Shown here in pieces: positions 27,247 to 38,611 of a DNA stretch of 64,000 nucleotides; position 1 is the first letter of the stretch; each line of letters opens with the position of its first letter. Source of the DNA: Leucoraja ocellata (taxonomy: Eukaryota). Under the pieces are notes generated by a model that saw only the letters and a list, made by a program, of their open reading frames with translations, searched no databases and had not been told where the DNA came from. A program made the translations under genes and the position numbers. Where the stretch lies: NCBI GenBank assembly GCA_036785375.1, contig JAWMAR010000116.1, positions 1 to 64,000 of the forward strand, in the 5' to 3' direction.

Positions 27247-30200
27247 GTATTACCAGTAGGTATTGGTGTGTGTCATGCACTTAGTGGGTGGTTAGTTAAA
27301 TATTAAACCTTGATTTAGTTTCTGTAGACTTTAGCCTCTAACATGCTCACACAAATAATCACTTTATATCAGATGTTGATAAGATTCAGTTTTCACACGT
27401 CATTGGAGGAGCCTGTTAAGTCAAAACTCATTTCCAATACTAGGAGTATTTTTCCCCCTCTGTCCGATATTTGTTGCCTTGTGATTTGACTTTGTTTATT
27501 CTGCGGACTGTCTACACTTTTCCGTGTGGCTGAAAACTGCTCTTGTTTCTGCCTGCGATTTTTTTTTTGAAAAAGGCCAGGCTTTCACCCAAGGTTTACG
27601 GATGATTGCTGCTCGTGGCTCAATCGGGAGTGGACTGGGACGTTCTTGAATGAGTTGCAGGAATATTGTGCTGAAGCTTTAGCAAAGGACTTCCTCCATA
27701 TCCAGGCCATTGAACAGATCAGAGGTACACTTAATTTTCTCACCAGTTCCCTACTGTTTGGAATGCAGTTAATTCTTTAACAAAAAAGGTGGGACGTAGA
27801 AGCAATTGGATCTGGGCCTATACTCGGCCCCGGTGCAGGAGGCTGAGCACGTAGCCTTGAAGTGCACCTGTGTTGATGGTCAGTAAGGAGGAGTATCTTC
27901 CTGAGGAAGTGAAGGAAGCGGTTGCAAAGGCACGTTCAGAGGTCTTGAAACTTGGTCATGAGTTTGTAGGGGTTGATTATGTTGAACACAGTTTTTCTCC
28001 TCATCTCCTTCCTAAAAGAACATCTGTTACTTCTGAGGCTATACCTTCTATTGCTAGACTCTCCCACTCGTGGAAAATTCCTCTCCACATCCACTATATC
28101 CAAGCCTTTCACTATTCTGTATGTTTTAATGAGGTCCCCCCCATTCTTCTAAACTCCAGCGAGTACAGGCCCAGTGCCGACAAATGTTCATCATAGGTTT
28201 AAGGCCCTCCTTGAAACCTATCTCCTTGACTAAATAATTGGTCATTCCTCCTAACCTTTTGGTCTTTGAAAAGGAGCTGGGGCATTATACCTGCACCTAG
28301 AATATACATAGCCCTCTCTTAACTTTGCGGAAAACTCCACAACCGAGCTTGCCAGTGTTGTTGTCATATTGCTGCCTGTGGAAGCTTACTGGGCACAATT
28401 TGGCTGCTGTGTTTCCTACATTGCAACAGTGCCAATGCTCCGAAAGTTGTTTGGTAGCTGTGGGAGTTTTATTGCATGAATTAAATACATTCAGCCTTTA
28501 TTTTTCTATGTTAACAATGATATGCAAGTGCAAGTGCAAGTTGCTACTGTTGGTGTTTTTGCCCTCATTTGTTTAGCTTAGTTTAATTTTGTTTATTATT
28601 GTCACGTGTACCGAGATGCAGTCAAACGTTTTTTGTTGCCAGCTATCCAGTCGACAGTTACAATCAGATACTCCACAGTGTGCAGATACAGGAGAAGGGG
28701 TATAACGTTTACTATAAGATAAAGTACAATAAAGTCCGATTGAAGATAGATGGGAGGTCAGGACTGCTCTCTAGTTGGTAATAGGATGGTTCAGTTGCCT
28801 GATAACAACACTGCAGTTTTGAGGAAAAAAGGGCGGATTTAAACGTCAAAATCTCCAGTCATTGTGTGGAGGGTGTGGCTCCTCTCCCGAATGAACCTAA
28901 CTGGGAGTCAACAATGCTGTCACCAGTTGGAGCCTGAAAGTTAAGGGCCGTGGTGACCTTGACAGCTGGAAGCAGTTCAGTCGATTCTCTGGTTTGTCGT
29001 CTGGCAGATCTGCAGCGGGGGATGGAGTTCGGCAAGGCCCCGCCTGAGGAAATAAATGGATCAGTTATATTTGGCCTGGATTTTATGCTGGAGAGGAGGG
29101 GGATGATTTTCCAAAGGTCCCTCAGGATTTAACTGAAGGTGCTCCTTAGCAAGGTTCAAAGAACGTTAGGAGCTGATTGACAAGCTGGAAGTCTTCCCGG
29201 CATGAAACCTTTTCATTAATCTAAACGCTGGAAGAGAAGGTAGGTAGGAAGAAGGTTCATGTTAATAAGTTATAGGGGCATTCAGTCATGACTGATGTAT
29301 CGTTCCCTCTCAATCCCATTCTCCTGCCTTCTCCCCATAATCCCTGACACCCTTATTAATCAAGAATCTATCAATCTCTGCCTTAAAAATATATATTGAC
29401 GACCTTCACAGCCTTCCACAGATTCACCACCTTCTGACTAAAGAAATTCCTCCTCAGCTCCTTTCTAAAGTTACGTCCTTTTATTCTATGGCCTCTGGCC
29501 CTAGACTCTCCCACTAGTGGAAACATCCTCTCCACATTCATTCTATCCAGGCCTGAGGCTATTTGGACCCTCGGTTGGTACCTAGAATCTAGAGGGGCTG
29601 TTTGGATCATGGCCATAGTAAACAGTCTGTAGGTGTCCAGTGATGGCCAGGAGGGGAGGTCTTGCCTGTGGTAGGCTACTGACTGCTGTCCAGTTTGTTA
29701 ATTGTGAGGCACTGTCCAGTTGATGGTTGGGAGATCTGACTATTAATAATAGAAATGTAGAGCGTCCAAAGGCTACTCTGCCCATCTTGCCCATGCTGGC
29801 AGGAAATGGATAACACCACTCTGAATTTCCACCTATTCCTCACTGACCCTGCCGCTTATGGCCACACTCATGCCCTCAGACTGTGAGTTCCAGACTTCAT
29901 TACATCTATTACGTTTCCATGCTACCCACCCCAGTACCATCACATCCTTCCTGAAATGCAGTGGCCATACTGGTGCGCAGTAATTCCGCATTGTACTTTG
30001 CAGTACACACACATTTATCACAGTAGACCCAAAATGCTCGAGTAACTCAGTGAATATCATAAAGTGCTGGAGTAACTCGGTGAATCAGGCAGCATCTCTG
30101 GAGCACATGAATAGGCAACATTTTGGGTCAAGACCTAACATCAGACCTGTCCATTTCGATGTTTTAGGTCGGGACCCTTTTTTCAGACTCTGTGGAAGGG

Positions 30201-30994
30201 CCCCAATCCGAAAGGTCACCTATGCATGTCTTCCAGACATGCTGCCTGATTCACTGAGTTACTCCAGCACTTTATAATATACACAAGATTCCAGCCTTTG
30301 CAGTTCCATGTGCCTCCACATTTTGCACAGATTTTACACAGTCTAGGTGGGGCATGTTGGTTAGAGCCTGTTTCCAGACTGCTATACTGTATGACTCTAA
30401 CTCCAGATTCTACCACACAACTAGGCAATAACGGCAACTTACAATAGCCGACCTTCTTCAGCAGCTACATAATGATCTTTTCATGACAAATTGGTGGCAT
30501 GCCTTTGTTACGTGAGAAGAAACTGAAGCGCAAGGAAGAAACCCACGTGATACAGGGTGGACATAAAAACTCGAGGTCAGGATTGAACCCAGATAGAGGC
30601 AGCAGCCCTGCTAGCTGTGCCGCTGTGTCCAAGTGCTTTAATCCCCACCAATGAAGCAAGAATCCTGTGTGTCCTTTTTTATAACTTTATTCATCTGTTC
30701 TGCTATCCCCAGAGATTCATGAACAAAGTCGGTTTGTTTGTCTACTTAATATTTTATCACTCTTGTCTTCCTTACCCTTCCCGAATGCTTTTTATTTTCT
30801 CGATAAAGTCATTCTCTGTGATCTGGGTGTCCCCGGCAAGGCCAACATTTATTGTCCACCGCAGTCCTTCAGATGAAGATACTCTGACAATGACCTTTGG
30901 GAGGGAGACTTAGTATTTAAACTGAAAGACGCTAAAGGAACAGCTATATATTTCCAGTTAAGGATGGTGTGCAACTTGGAGAGAAGCTGTAGGT

Positions 30995-31226
30995 CAGGGG
31001 TTCCCAACCTTTTTCATCCCGTTTACTCCTGGCAACTTTAATAGCACATAACAATGTTATTTCACTTATTTATGAACAACTAATGATGAACAGATGCCGG
31101 TATACCAGAACCAAACACAGTCAGTCAATGAGAAAAAATATGTACAAATCCAGATCAACAAATTTACCCCCTGGGTAAGCAAAATTTACCCCCCGGGGTA
31201 AATTTACCCCAGGTTGGGAACCCTTG
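30995..31226. mobile_element. hAT-family MITE (232 bp)
   Basis: TIR CAGGGGTTCCCAACCT / AGGTTGGGAACCCTTG; perfect 8-bp TSD CTGTAGGT (30987-30994 and 31227-31234); subterminal aatttacccc/ggggtaaatt repeats. Confidence 0.92.
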
Positions 31227-31322
31227 CTGTAGGTGGTGGTGTTCGGATTGGGTCCAATGCCCTTGCCATTGTTGGTGGTGGAGATTGTGGGTTTGGGTGG
31301 TGCCGTCAGAGCAACCTGGGCC

Positions 31323-31690
31323 TTCTTAGGCCCCCCTCGGTCATGGCTGACCATGGGTGTGTTCAGGGTTGGAGGACGCCTGTGCATGACTTTGTTTAAC
31401 GTGGGGAGACTGATGGACAGACAGCCACCACACGGTCCTTGACAGATCTGGGTCAGGATCCAGTGGCACAGAGTCCAAGACGACCGGAGACCCTTTTCTG
31501 CTGCAGCCTTCATCCGCCTTCCCAGCTGTTGTGAAGCTCCACTAAGGTCAGCCATCGTCCTCTGCCTGTCCACTGTTAAGGTTTTGGTTGGATTGCTCTT
31601 TGTCAGGGACCTCCCCCTCGACCTTACCACCATAGGTGGCCCTACCAGGAGCATAGCTCCAGACGGCATCGCTCTCAGGATCTCAGGCTC
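31323..31690 (-). mobile_element. Non-autonomous RTE-derived element (Expander/Rex3-like 5' UTR joined to a short 3' tail)
   Basis: - strand gagctatgctcctggtagggccacc...gacaaagagc resembles RTE/Expander 5' UTRs; ends in aagaa; 12-bp TSD GCA(A/G)CCTGGGCC. Confidence 0.65.
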
Positions 31691-31842
31691 GCAGCCTGGG
31701 CCATACCAGCACATTTCATAGATGGTAGATAGATGGGCTTATTTCTCCAAGATGGTGTTGAGCTTCCAAAGAATTGTTGGAGCTGTATTCATTCGAGCAA
31801 GTGGAGAATACTGACCACATTTGTGGCATGCCCAACAGATAG

Positions 31843-32140
31843 TTTTAGTTTTTAGTTTCAGAGATACTGTGCGGAAACTGGCCCTTCGGCCCACCGAGTC
31901 CGCACTGACCAACGATCACCCCTACGCTACTTCTATCTTAGACAATAGTGATGATCTACAGAAGCCAATTAACCTACGAACCCGCACGTCTTTTGAAAGT
32001 GGGAGGGAACCGGAGCGCGCGGAGGAAGCCTATGCGGTCATAGGGAGAACGTTCAAACTCCACACAGACAAGCACCCGTAGACAGGATCGAACCCGGGTC
32101 TCTGGAGCTGTAAGGCAGCAACTCTACCACTGCGTCACTA
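31843..32140 (-). mobile_element. HE1-type V-SINE
   Basis: Tail (tttag)n, V-domain and tRNA head. Confidence 0.85.
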
Positions 32141-32237
32141 GATGCTGGAAAGACGTTAGGGTGTCTCGAAGTGAGTCACTCACAATAGAATTCCCAGCCT
32201 CCGACCTGCTCTTGTAACCACAGTCGACACGTGGGTC

Positions 32238-32752
32238 ATATAACCATATAACCATATAACCATATAACAATTACAGCACGGAAACAGGCCATCTCGGCCC
32301 TACAAGTCCGTGCCGAACAAATTGTTTTCCCCCTTAGTCCCACCTGCCTGCATTCATACCATAACCAGTGGAAGTGGTGGAGGCAGGTTCATTGGTATCA
32401 TTTAAAAATAAATTGGATAGGCATATGGTGGGCGGCGCGACTCTCGTCAGCAGCGGCCTCTGCAGTCTGTCCGCGGTTTATTATTTTTTGTCTGTGTTTT
32501 AATGTAGTTTTTGTTATTTTTTGTTGGGGTGTGTGTGTGTGGGGGGGTGGGGGTGGGGTGGGAGGGAGGGGGAAACTTTTTAAATCTCTCCCTGCACTGG
32601 AGACCCGACCTTTTTTCGTCGGGTTTCCGTTGTCGTTGGGGCCGCAACGAGGAGCGGCCTCCAACAGGAAGAGACCGGGGACTCTGGTGGTACAACTCAC
32701 CGTCACCGTCGCGGGGCTGGCCGAGTCTGGAGCGGGTGGAGCGGTGGAGGAG

Positions 32753-32785
<33 letters not shown>

Positions 32786-33492
32786 AGCTGCTGCTGCTGC
32801 TACCGGAGAGTCGGAGGCTCCAACGGCAGGTCTGTGGACGGTGGCACCGGGAGCCCGCGGCTCCCTGGAGGGAGACCGCTTTTCAGGGCTCTCGCAACGG
32901 CGACTTCCCCCGCCCGAGTTGCGGGGTTGAAGAGCTCCTGGAGCGGGGCCTTTACAGCACCGCCCCGCGAGGCTTGGAATGGCCTCGGGACTCTGCGAGC
33001 GCACGCCGGGGGCTCTAACACCAAGACCCGGTGTGCGACCTCGCATCACCCGGCGTGGCTTTAATGGCCGCGGGACAATCGCCATCGCCAGCCGGGGGCT
33101 TTGACTTTGACTCTGACATCGTGGGGGGGGAGAGTGCAGTGGAGAGATAAGTGTTTTTGGCCTTCCATCACAATGATGTGATGGATGTTTATGTAAATTA
33201 TGTTGTGTTGTTGTGTCTTGGGTCTATTTGTTTGTAATGTATGGCTGCAGAAACGGCATTTCGTTTGGACCTCAAGGGGTCCAAATGACAATTAAATGTA
33301 TCTTGTATCTTGTATATGGATGAGAAGGGAATGGAGGGTTATGGTACGAATGCAGGCAGGTGGGACTAAGGGGAAAAACAATTTGTTCGGCATGGACTTG
33401 TAGGGCCGAGATGGCCTGTTTCCGTGCTGTAATTGTTATATGGTTATATGGTTATAACCCTCCATTCCCTTCTCATCCATATGCCTATCCAA
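32238..33492. mobile_element. Two opposite-orientation copies of one CR1 subfamily 3' end, one inside the other
   Basis: - copy 32238-32366 resumes at about 33453; + copy from 32367 to about 33455; both carry (tatggtta)n tails; ATAACC repeated at the junctions. Confidence 0.75.
32429..33313 (+). mobile_element. 885-bp GC-rich non-autonomous non-LTR element with Rex1-like tail and internal (GCT)n
   Basis: 6-bp TSD ATATGG (32423-32428 and 33314-33319); ends catttcgtttggacc..ggtccaaatgacaattaaa-(tgtatct)n. Confidence 0.75.
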
Positions 33493-33649
33493 ACTGAATC
33501 TCTAAGATGTTAACGTTGGAAGTCTTGATCGCAATATTCAATGTTAAGTGTAGGTGGTTTGATTCACTCTTGTTGAAAACACACCTTGTCTGACACTTTT
33601 ACTTTGCAAAGATTACCTGCTACTTATTAGCCAATGTTTAGTTTAGTTT

Positions 33650-34235
33650 AAGGTAGACAAAAATGCTGGAGGAACTCAGCGGGTGAGGCAGCATCTATGG
33701 AAAGAAGAAATAGGCAACGTTTTGGGTCGAGACCCTTCTTCAGACTGATGTTGGGGGGGTGGGGGGGGGAAGAAAGGAAGAGGCAGAGACAGTAGGCTTG
33801 TGGGAGAACTGGGAAGGGGGAGGGGAAGAAGGGAGAATGCAAGGACTATCTGAAATTGGAGAAGTCAATGTTCATACCGCTGGGGTGTAAACTACTTAAG
33901 CGAAATATGAGGTGCTGTTCCTCCAAATTGCGCTGGGCCTCACTCTGGCCATGGAGGAGGCCCAGGCCAGAAAGGTCAGATTCGGAATCGGAGAGGGAGT
34001 TGAAGTGCTGAGCCACCGGGAGATCCAATTGGTTAGTGCGAACTGAGCGGAGGTGTTGGGCAAAGCGATCGCCGAGCCTGCGCTTGGTCTCGCCGATGTA
34101 GCGAAGTTGACACCTGGAACAGCAGATGCAGTAGATGAGGTTGGAAGAGGTGCAGGTAAACCTCTGCCTCACCTGGAAAGACTGCTTGGGTCCTTGGATG
34201 GAGTTGAGGGGGGAGGTAAAGCGACAAGTGTAGCA
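33650..34235 (-). mobile_element. Penelope-like element, GIY-YIG endonuclease C-terminus plus 3' region
   Basis: ORF 33846-34172 FTCTSSNLIYCI.CSRC..RYIGETKRRLGDRF.QH...GMNIDFSNFR; inserted in the tail of the SINE at 34276-34562. Confidence 0.9.
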
Positions 34236-34275
34236 AGGGGGTGGGTGGTTTCAGTGGGAAGGGATGAATTGACCG

Positions 34276-34562
34276 GAGAGATACAGCATGGAAACAAGCA
34301 CTTTGGCCCAATGAGTCAACGCTGACCAGCAATCACCAGTACGTTAGTTCTATCTTATCCATTAGGGACAATTTACAAAATCCACAAACCTGCAAACCTA
34401 TAAACGTTTTTGGAATGTGGAAGGAAAGCAGAACACCTGGAAGAAACCCACATGGTCACAGGGAGAACGTACAAACTCCACATAGCCAACACCTGTAGTC
34501 AGGATCGAACTCCCTCCTCTGGCGTTGTAAGGCAGCAACTCCACTGCTGTGCTGCTGTGCCG
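34276..34562 (-). mobile_element. HE1-type V-SINE
   Basis: V-domain and tRNA head; its tail is displaced to about 33636-33649. Confidence 0.8.
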
Positions 34563-35380
34563 TTCCACTGTGTTGCCATGGGTCTTGCTGCATATAGGCA
34601 TAGACAGCCTCATTTGCTGAGGTTTTGAAAATGGAAGTGAAAATTGTGCAATCATCAATGAAGCACCCCACTTCTGACCTTAAGATGGGAGGAACATCAT
34701 TGAGAATCAGCTGAAGATGTTTGAGCCCAGCGCACTGCCCTGAGGAACAGCTGAAGTGCTGTCCTGAGTTGCGATGTTGGCCCTCCAACAACCAAAAGCA
34801 TTTTCCCTTGTGCGATGTATAAACCCTGTTATTGAAGCATCTTCCTCTTGGTGTCCATTGAATTCCGTTCTACCAGGGATCCTTGATGCTGCACTCAATC
34901 AAATGCGTCCTTGATGTCAAAGGCATTAGCCACAGTCCATCTCTGGAATTTAGCTCTTTGGGCCTTGGTCCAAGACTGTGATCATGGCCTGAGAGATATC
35001 CAAACTTGGCATCGCTGAGCAGGTGATGGATAAGTGCTGTTTGATGAAAATTTCCATCACTTTGTTGATGAATGAGACAAATAAATTAGTAATTAGCCGG
35101 GTTAGATATGTTCTGCTTCTGGAAACAGAAGATACCTGGGCAGTTTTCCAAATTGTTGGGTTGAGGCCAATGGTTGTACTTGGACCAAGATTTGGTAAGT
35201 CTTTGCTGCACGCAGGTGAGGTGCTAGATGACTGAATGACAGTAAATATCATTGTCTTTATTGAAACAGGGCAGCAGAGTTAAGCCAGGTAATTACAGTC
35301 CAGTGAGTTGAATGTTAGTGGAAGGGAATTTATTGATAAAAAATGCTGAAGGACAAATTAATCTGCACCAGTAAATACTG

Positions 35381-35702
35381 CGGTCATGGTGGTGCAGTGG
35401 TAGAAATGCTGCCTTACAGCGAATGCAGCGCTGGAGACCCGGGTTCGATCCCGAAGACGGGTGCTGTCTGTACGGAGTTTGTATGGTTTCCCCGTGATCT
35501 GCGTGGGTTTTCTCCGAGATCTTCGGTTTCCTCCCACACTCCAAAGGCGTACAGGTTTGTAGATTAATTGGCTTGGTGAACGTAAAAAAGATTTGTCCCT
35601 ATAGGATAGTGTTAATGTGCAGGGATCGCTGGTCGGCGCAGACCCTGTGGGCCGAAGGGCCTGTTTCCTTGCTGTATCTCTAAACTAAACTAAACTAAAC
35701 AA
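35381..35702 (+). mobile_element. HE1-type V-SINE, full length
   Basis: A box (tggtgcagtgg), B box (gggttcgatccc), V-domain and (taaac)n. Confidence 0.9.
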
Positions 35703-36020
35703 AGGGTAGTCAGGGATAGCACAATGTCATTGGTGAAATTTCCTGCCTACCTTCAATGAGTATTTTGAAAAACAAATCGCAAGATATATTGATGAGTGCA
35801 GCACGGTTACTTTGTCTGCATTAAGTTCAGATGCCTGATCGGATACAGCATTCCAGTTTTAGAGTATAATGCATACAGAAAATGAAACTCAGCAGGACTG
35901 GCCAGATCAGTAGAAAGAAAAACAGAGTTAAACAGAGTTGCCCGACAAGAAATCTTCAACCTGAAACATTAGTTCTATTTCTGTTTCTGCTGACACTGCC
36001 TGATCTGCCGATCATTTAGA

Positions 36021-36487
36021 TCATAGAGTGATACCGTGTGGAAACAGGCCCTTCGGCCCAACTTGCCCACACCGGCCAACATGTCCCAGCTACACTAGTC
36101 CCACCTGCCTGTACTTGGTCCATATCCCTCCAAACTTGATCTATCCATATACCTGTCTAACTGTTTCTTAAACTTTGGGATAGTCCCAGCATCAATTACC
36201 TCTTCTGGCAGCTTGTTCCATACACCCACCTGGAACATTGTTCCATACACATGTGTGAAAAAGTAACCCCTCAGATTCCTATTCAATCTTTTCCCCTTCA
36301 CCTTGAATCTATGTCCTCTGGTCCTCGATTCCCCTACTCTGGGCAAGAAATTCTGTGCATCTATTCCTGTCTTGATATTATACACCTCTATAAGATTACC
36401 CCTCATCCTCCAGCTCTCCAAGGAATAGAGACCCAGCCCACTCAACCTATCTGTAAAGCTCAGACCCTCTTGTCCTGGCAACATCTT
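36021..36487 (-). mobile_element. CR1 LINE 3' fragment
   Basis: ORF 36095-36484 MLPG...LGLYSLE..RMRG.LIEVY...WNKLPEEVIDAGT..FKKQLDRYM. Confidence 0.9.
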
Positions 36488-36932
36488 TGTGAATTCTGGA
36501 ATTTCTCCTTTTATTTAACATACAGGATCTACAGCTTGTGGGTTTTTATGGTATGTGTATGTGCTGCCTATCCACATGTTGGATATCTGTTCACCTGTTC
36601 TACAATATACAGCCGGATGGCAGGACTGATCCCCTCTCTATCTACTTTACTCAGTAGGGAGTCTTGCCTGAACACTAGAGTTCACTGCAGATTACTTATC
36701 TGCTACTGTCTGGGGAATGAGATTTGTCCTGTTAAATTAATATTCGGTAATTCTTGCCAAAGACAAACTTCCTGCATGCATTGTTTATCTTGAGTTATGG
36801 CAATTTTTTTTTAACGAGCCAAAATTATGATGTAATTGAGCATTAGTGTAGGTTATTGTTATATTTCTTTTAATAATCCAGGTTTTTATTGTATTTCAGG
36901 CACAGCCTTTGACGTGAAGTTCATGGTACATC

Positions 36933-36978
36933 ATGGTAACTGTTCGAAGAGTACTAGCATTATTTAGCATATCATTAG
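36933..36978 (+). CDS. IGSF5: IGSF5-like, first coding exon (signal peptide MVTVRRVLALFSISL-G); exon begins at about 36900
   Basis: Acceptor tttcag ends at 36899; ATG in strong context (A-3, G+4); donor AG|GTAAGT at 36978/36979; phase 1 joins G+GT in frame to the IgV exon and completes a signal peptide (...LALFSISLGVCLSA). Confidence 0.7.
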
Positions 36979-37212
36979 GTAAGTAGTCTGCCCATAGAAG
37001 CACTTTTTATACGGCTGCAGTGAAATAATTTCCTTCAAATGAAATTCCTTCTTTGAAACTCATCCCTTCAAATTTCCCCCTCCTTTAGACTTCAGACTTT
37101 ATAGAGATACAGCGTGGAAACAGGCCCTTCGGCCCACCGAGTCCATGCTGACCATCGATCACCTGTTGTCACTAGTTCTATGTTATCCCACTTTCGCATC
37201 CTACACACTAAG

Positions 37213-38074
37213 TAGCAATGTTACAAAATTTTGAGATTTAAAAAATCAAGTCTGCAATTTATCCCATCAGATAAAGCATAACAATAAGTTTAATTTGACA
37301 CCAAATTCACTGTCATATCTCAAGTATTAAAAAAATTATGGCCATTTTCATACTCGGAAATTAGCATCTTGTTCCCTATTGATTTTCAATGGACATTACA
37401 AAAAAGCTGTGATCTTGGATAGTCAAAAGCCCATTTCTTAAGGAAAGATTAACATTTTTAAATAGCCTAAGTGTCCAAAGATTATTCACAAATAATTCAC
37501 AATATAACATGATTTTTATATCTAATTTACATTAATTTATAGGCCAAATGGAAGGAATTTAGTGTTCAATTGCTGTAAATAAATGCCCATTTAAATTGGC
37601 TTTCTAGTGGGTTCATGTGAACGCGCTGGTTTAGAACGTTCGCATCGCGCTGGATTAGTGCCCTCAAATGCCGAGAAAAATACTGCGGGATATAAAAAGC
37701 CCAAAATGAACTACTCGCTATAGATAACTTTAATTACAGGGTTATATATATTCCCCATTTAATGTAAAAATAAGGTACATACCTTTAATTGTTTGCTTTA
37801 TAAAACCCTGGGGCTGCGAGAGGTTGCGGAATTATAGAGTAATTTTAAAACTATTATAACTATATTATCGAGGCCTATAAAACTAATAATACCTTTTGCG
37901 ACCGGGTCTTGCAGCGATTTTTCGTTAATGATTTACTAGGCTGAACATCTGCGATTAGAACAGCCTAGTAAAAATCGCGTTTTAAACCCGCCCCCTCCAA
38001 ACAGCGCCAAAATCGCGGACATGGCTGTGGGCAGATTCCCAATGACGATTCAGGTAGGTTTTGTAACATACCTA
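37213..38074. mobile_element. Non-autonomous DNA transposon (about 860 bp), superfamily uncertain, inserted in an HE1 SINE
   Basis: Imperfect TIR TAGCAATGTTACAAAA / TTTTGTAACATACCTA; CACTAAG duplicated (37206-37212 and 38075-38081); host SINE reads through 37084-37212 and 38075-38140. Confidence 0.75.
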
Positions 38075-38159
38075 CACTAAGGGCAATTTGCAGAGGAGAA
38101 TTGACCTACAAATCTGCTTGCCTTTGGAATGTGGAATGCTGTATCTCTCTAACGTTCCT

Positions 38160-38450
38160 CTGAGAGATACAGCATGGAAACAGGCCCTTCGCTCCACCGA
38201 GTCCATGCCGGTCAGCGATCACTCCGTACACTAACACTGCCCTACATAGCAGGGACAATTTACAGAAGCCAATTAATATACAAACTTGTAAGTCTTTGGA
38301 CTGTTGGAGGAAGCCGGAGCACCTGGAGAAAACCCACGCAGTCACAGAGAGAACGTACAAACTCTGTACTGACAGCACCCATAGTCAGAATTGAACCCGG
38401 GACTCAGGCGCTGTAAGGCAACAACTCTACCAGTGCGCCACTGTGCCGTC
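38160..38450 (-). mobile_element. HE1-type V-SINE
   Basis: Full head, V-domain and tail. Confidence 0.85.
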
Positions 38451-38611
38451 CTTCTGGTTATGTTATAGGTTCCAAAAATTCCAAAGCATCCTTAAGTGGC
38501 TATAGTCTCAGGTGAGACTTTAAATAGATTGATCAGATCAGCAGATTGCCAGCTCACCGACATCCTTCAGAGACAATCTCTGCTGCCCTTGCGTTGCCTG
38601 GCCTACATATA

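Larger units (their letters stand above)
30830..35250 (-). mobile_element. Old, heavily interrupted CR1/L2-type LINE acting as host for a nested cluster
   Basis: - strand frames contain AVPQGSALG (34707-34898), FIDDCTIF (34456-34791) and P.IWKTAQV...INKVME (34950-35252); host fragments resume between the younger insertions. Confidence 0.6.

Noticed and set aside
32398-33085. Overlapping 100-212 aa ORFs with poly-Ala or poly-Cys
   Set aside because: By-products of a GC-rich repeat with a (GCT)n tract, bounded by a TSD; no domain similarity.
35381-35460. tRNA-like sequences with A and B boxes (many copies)
   Set aside because: They are SINE heads continuing into the V-domain and LINE-like tail, not tRNA genes.
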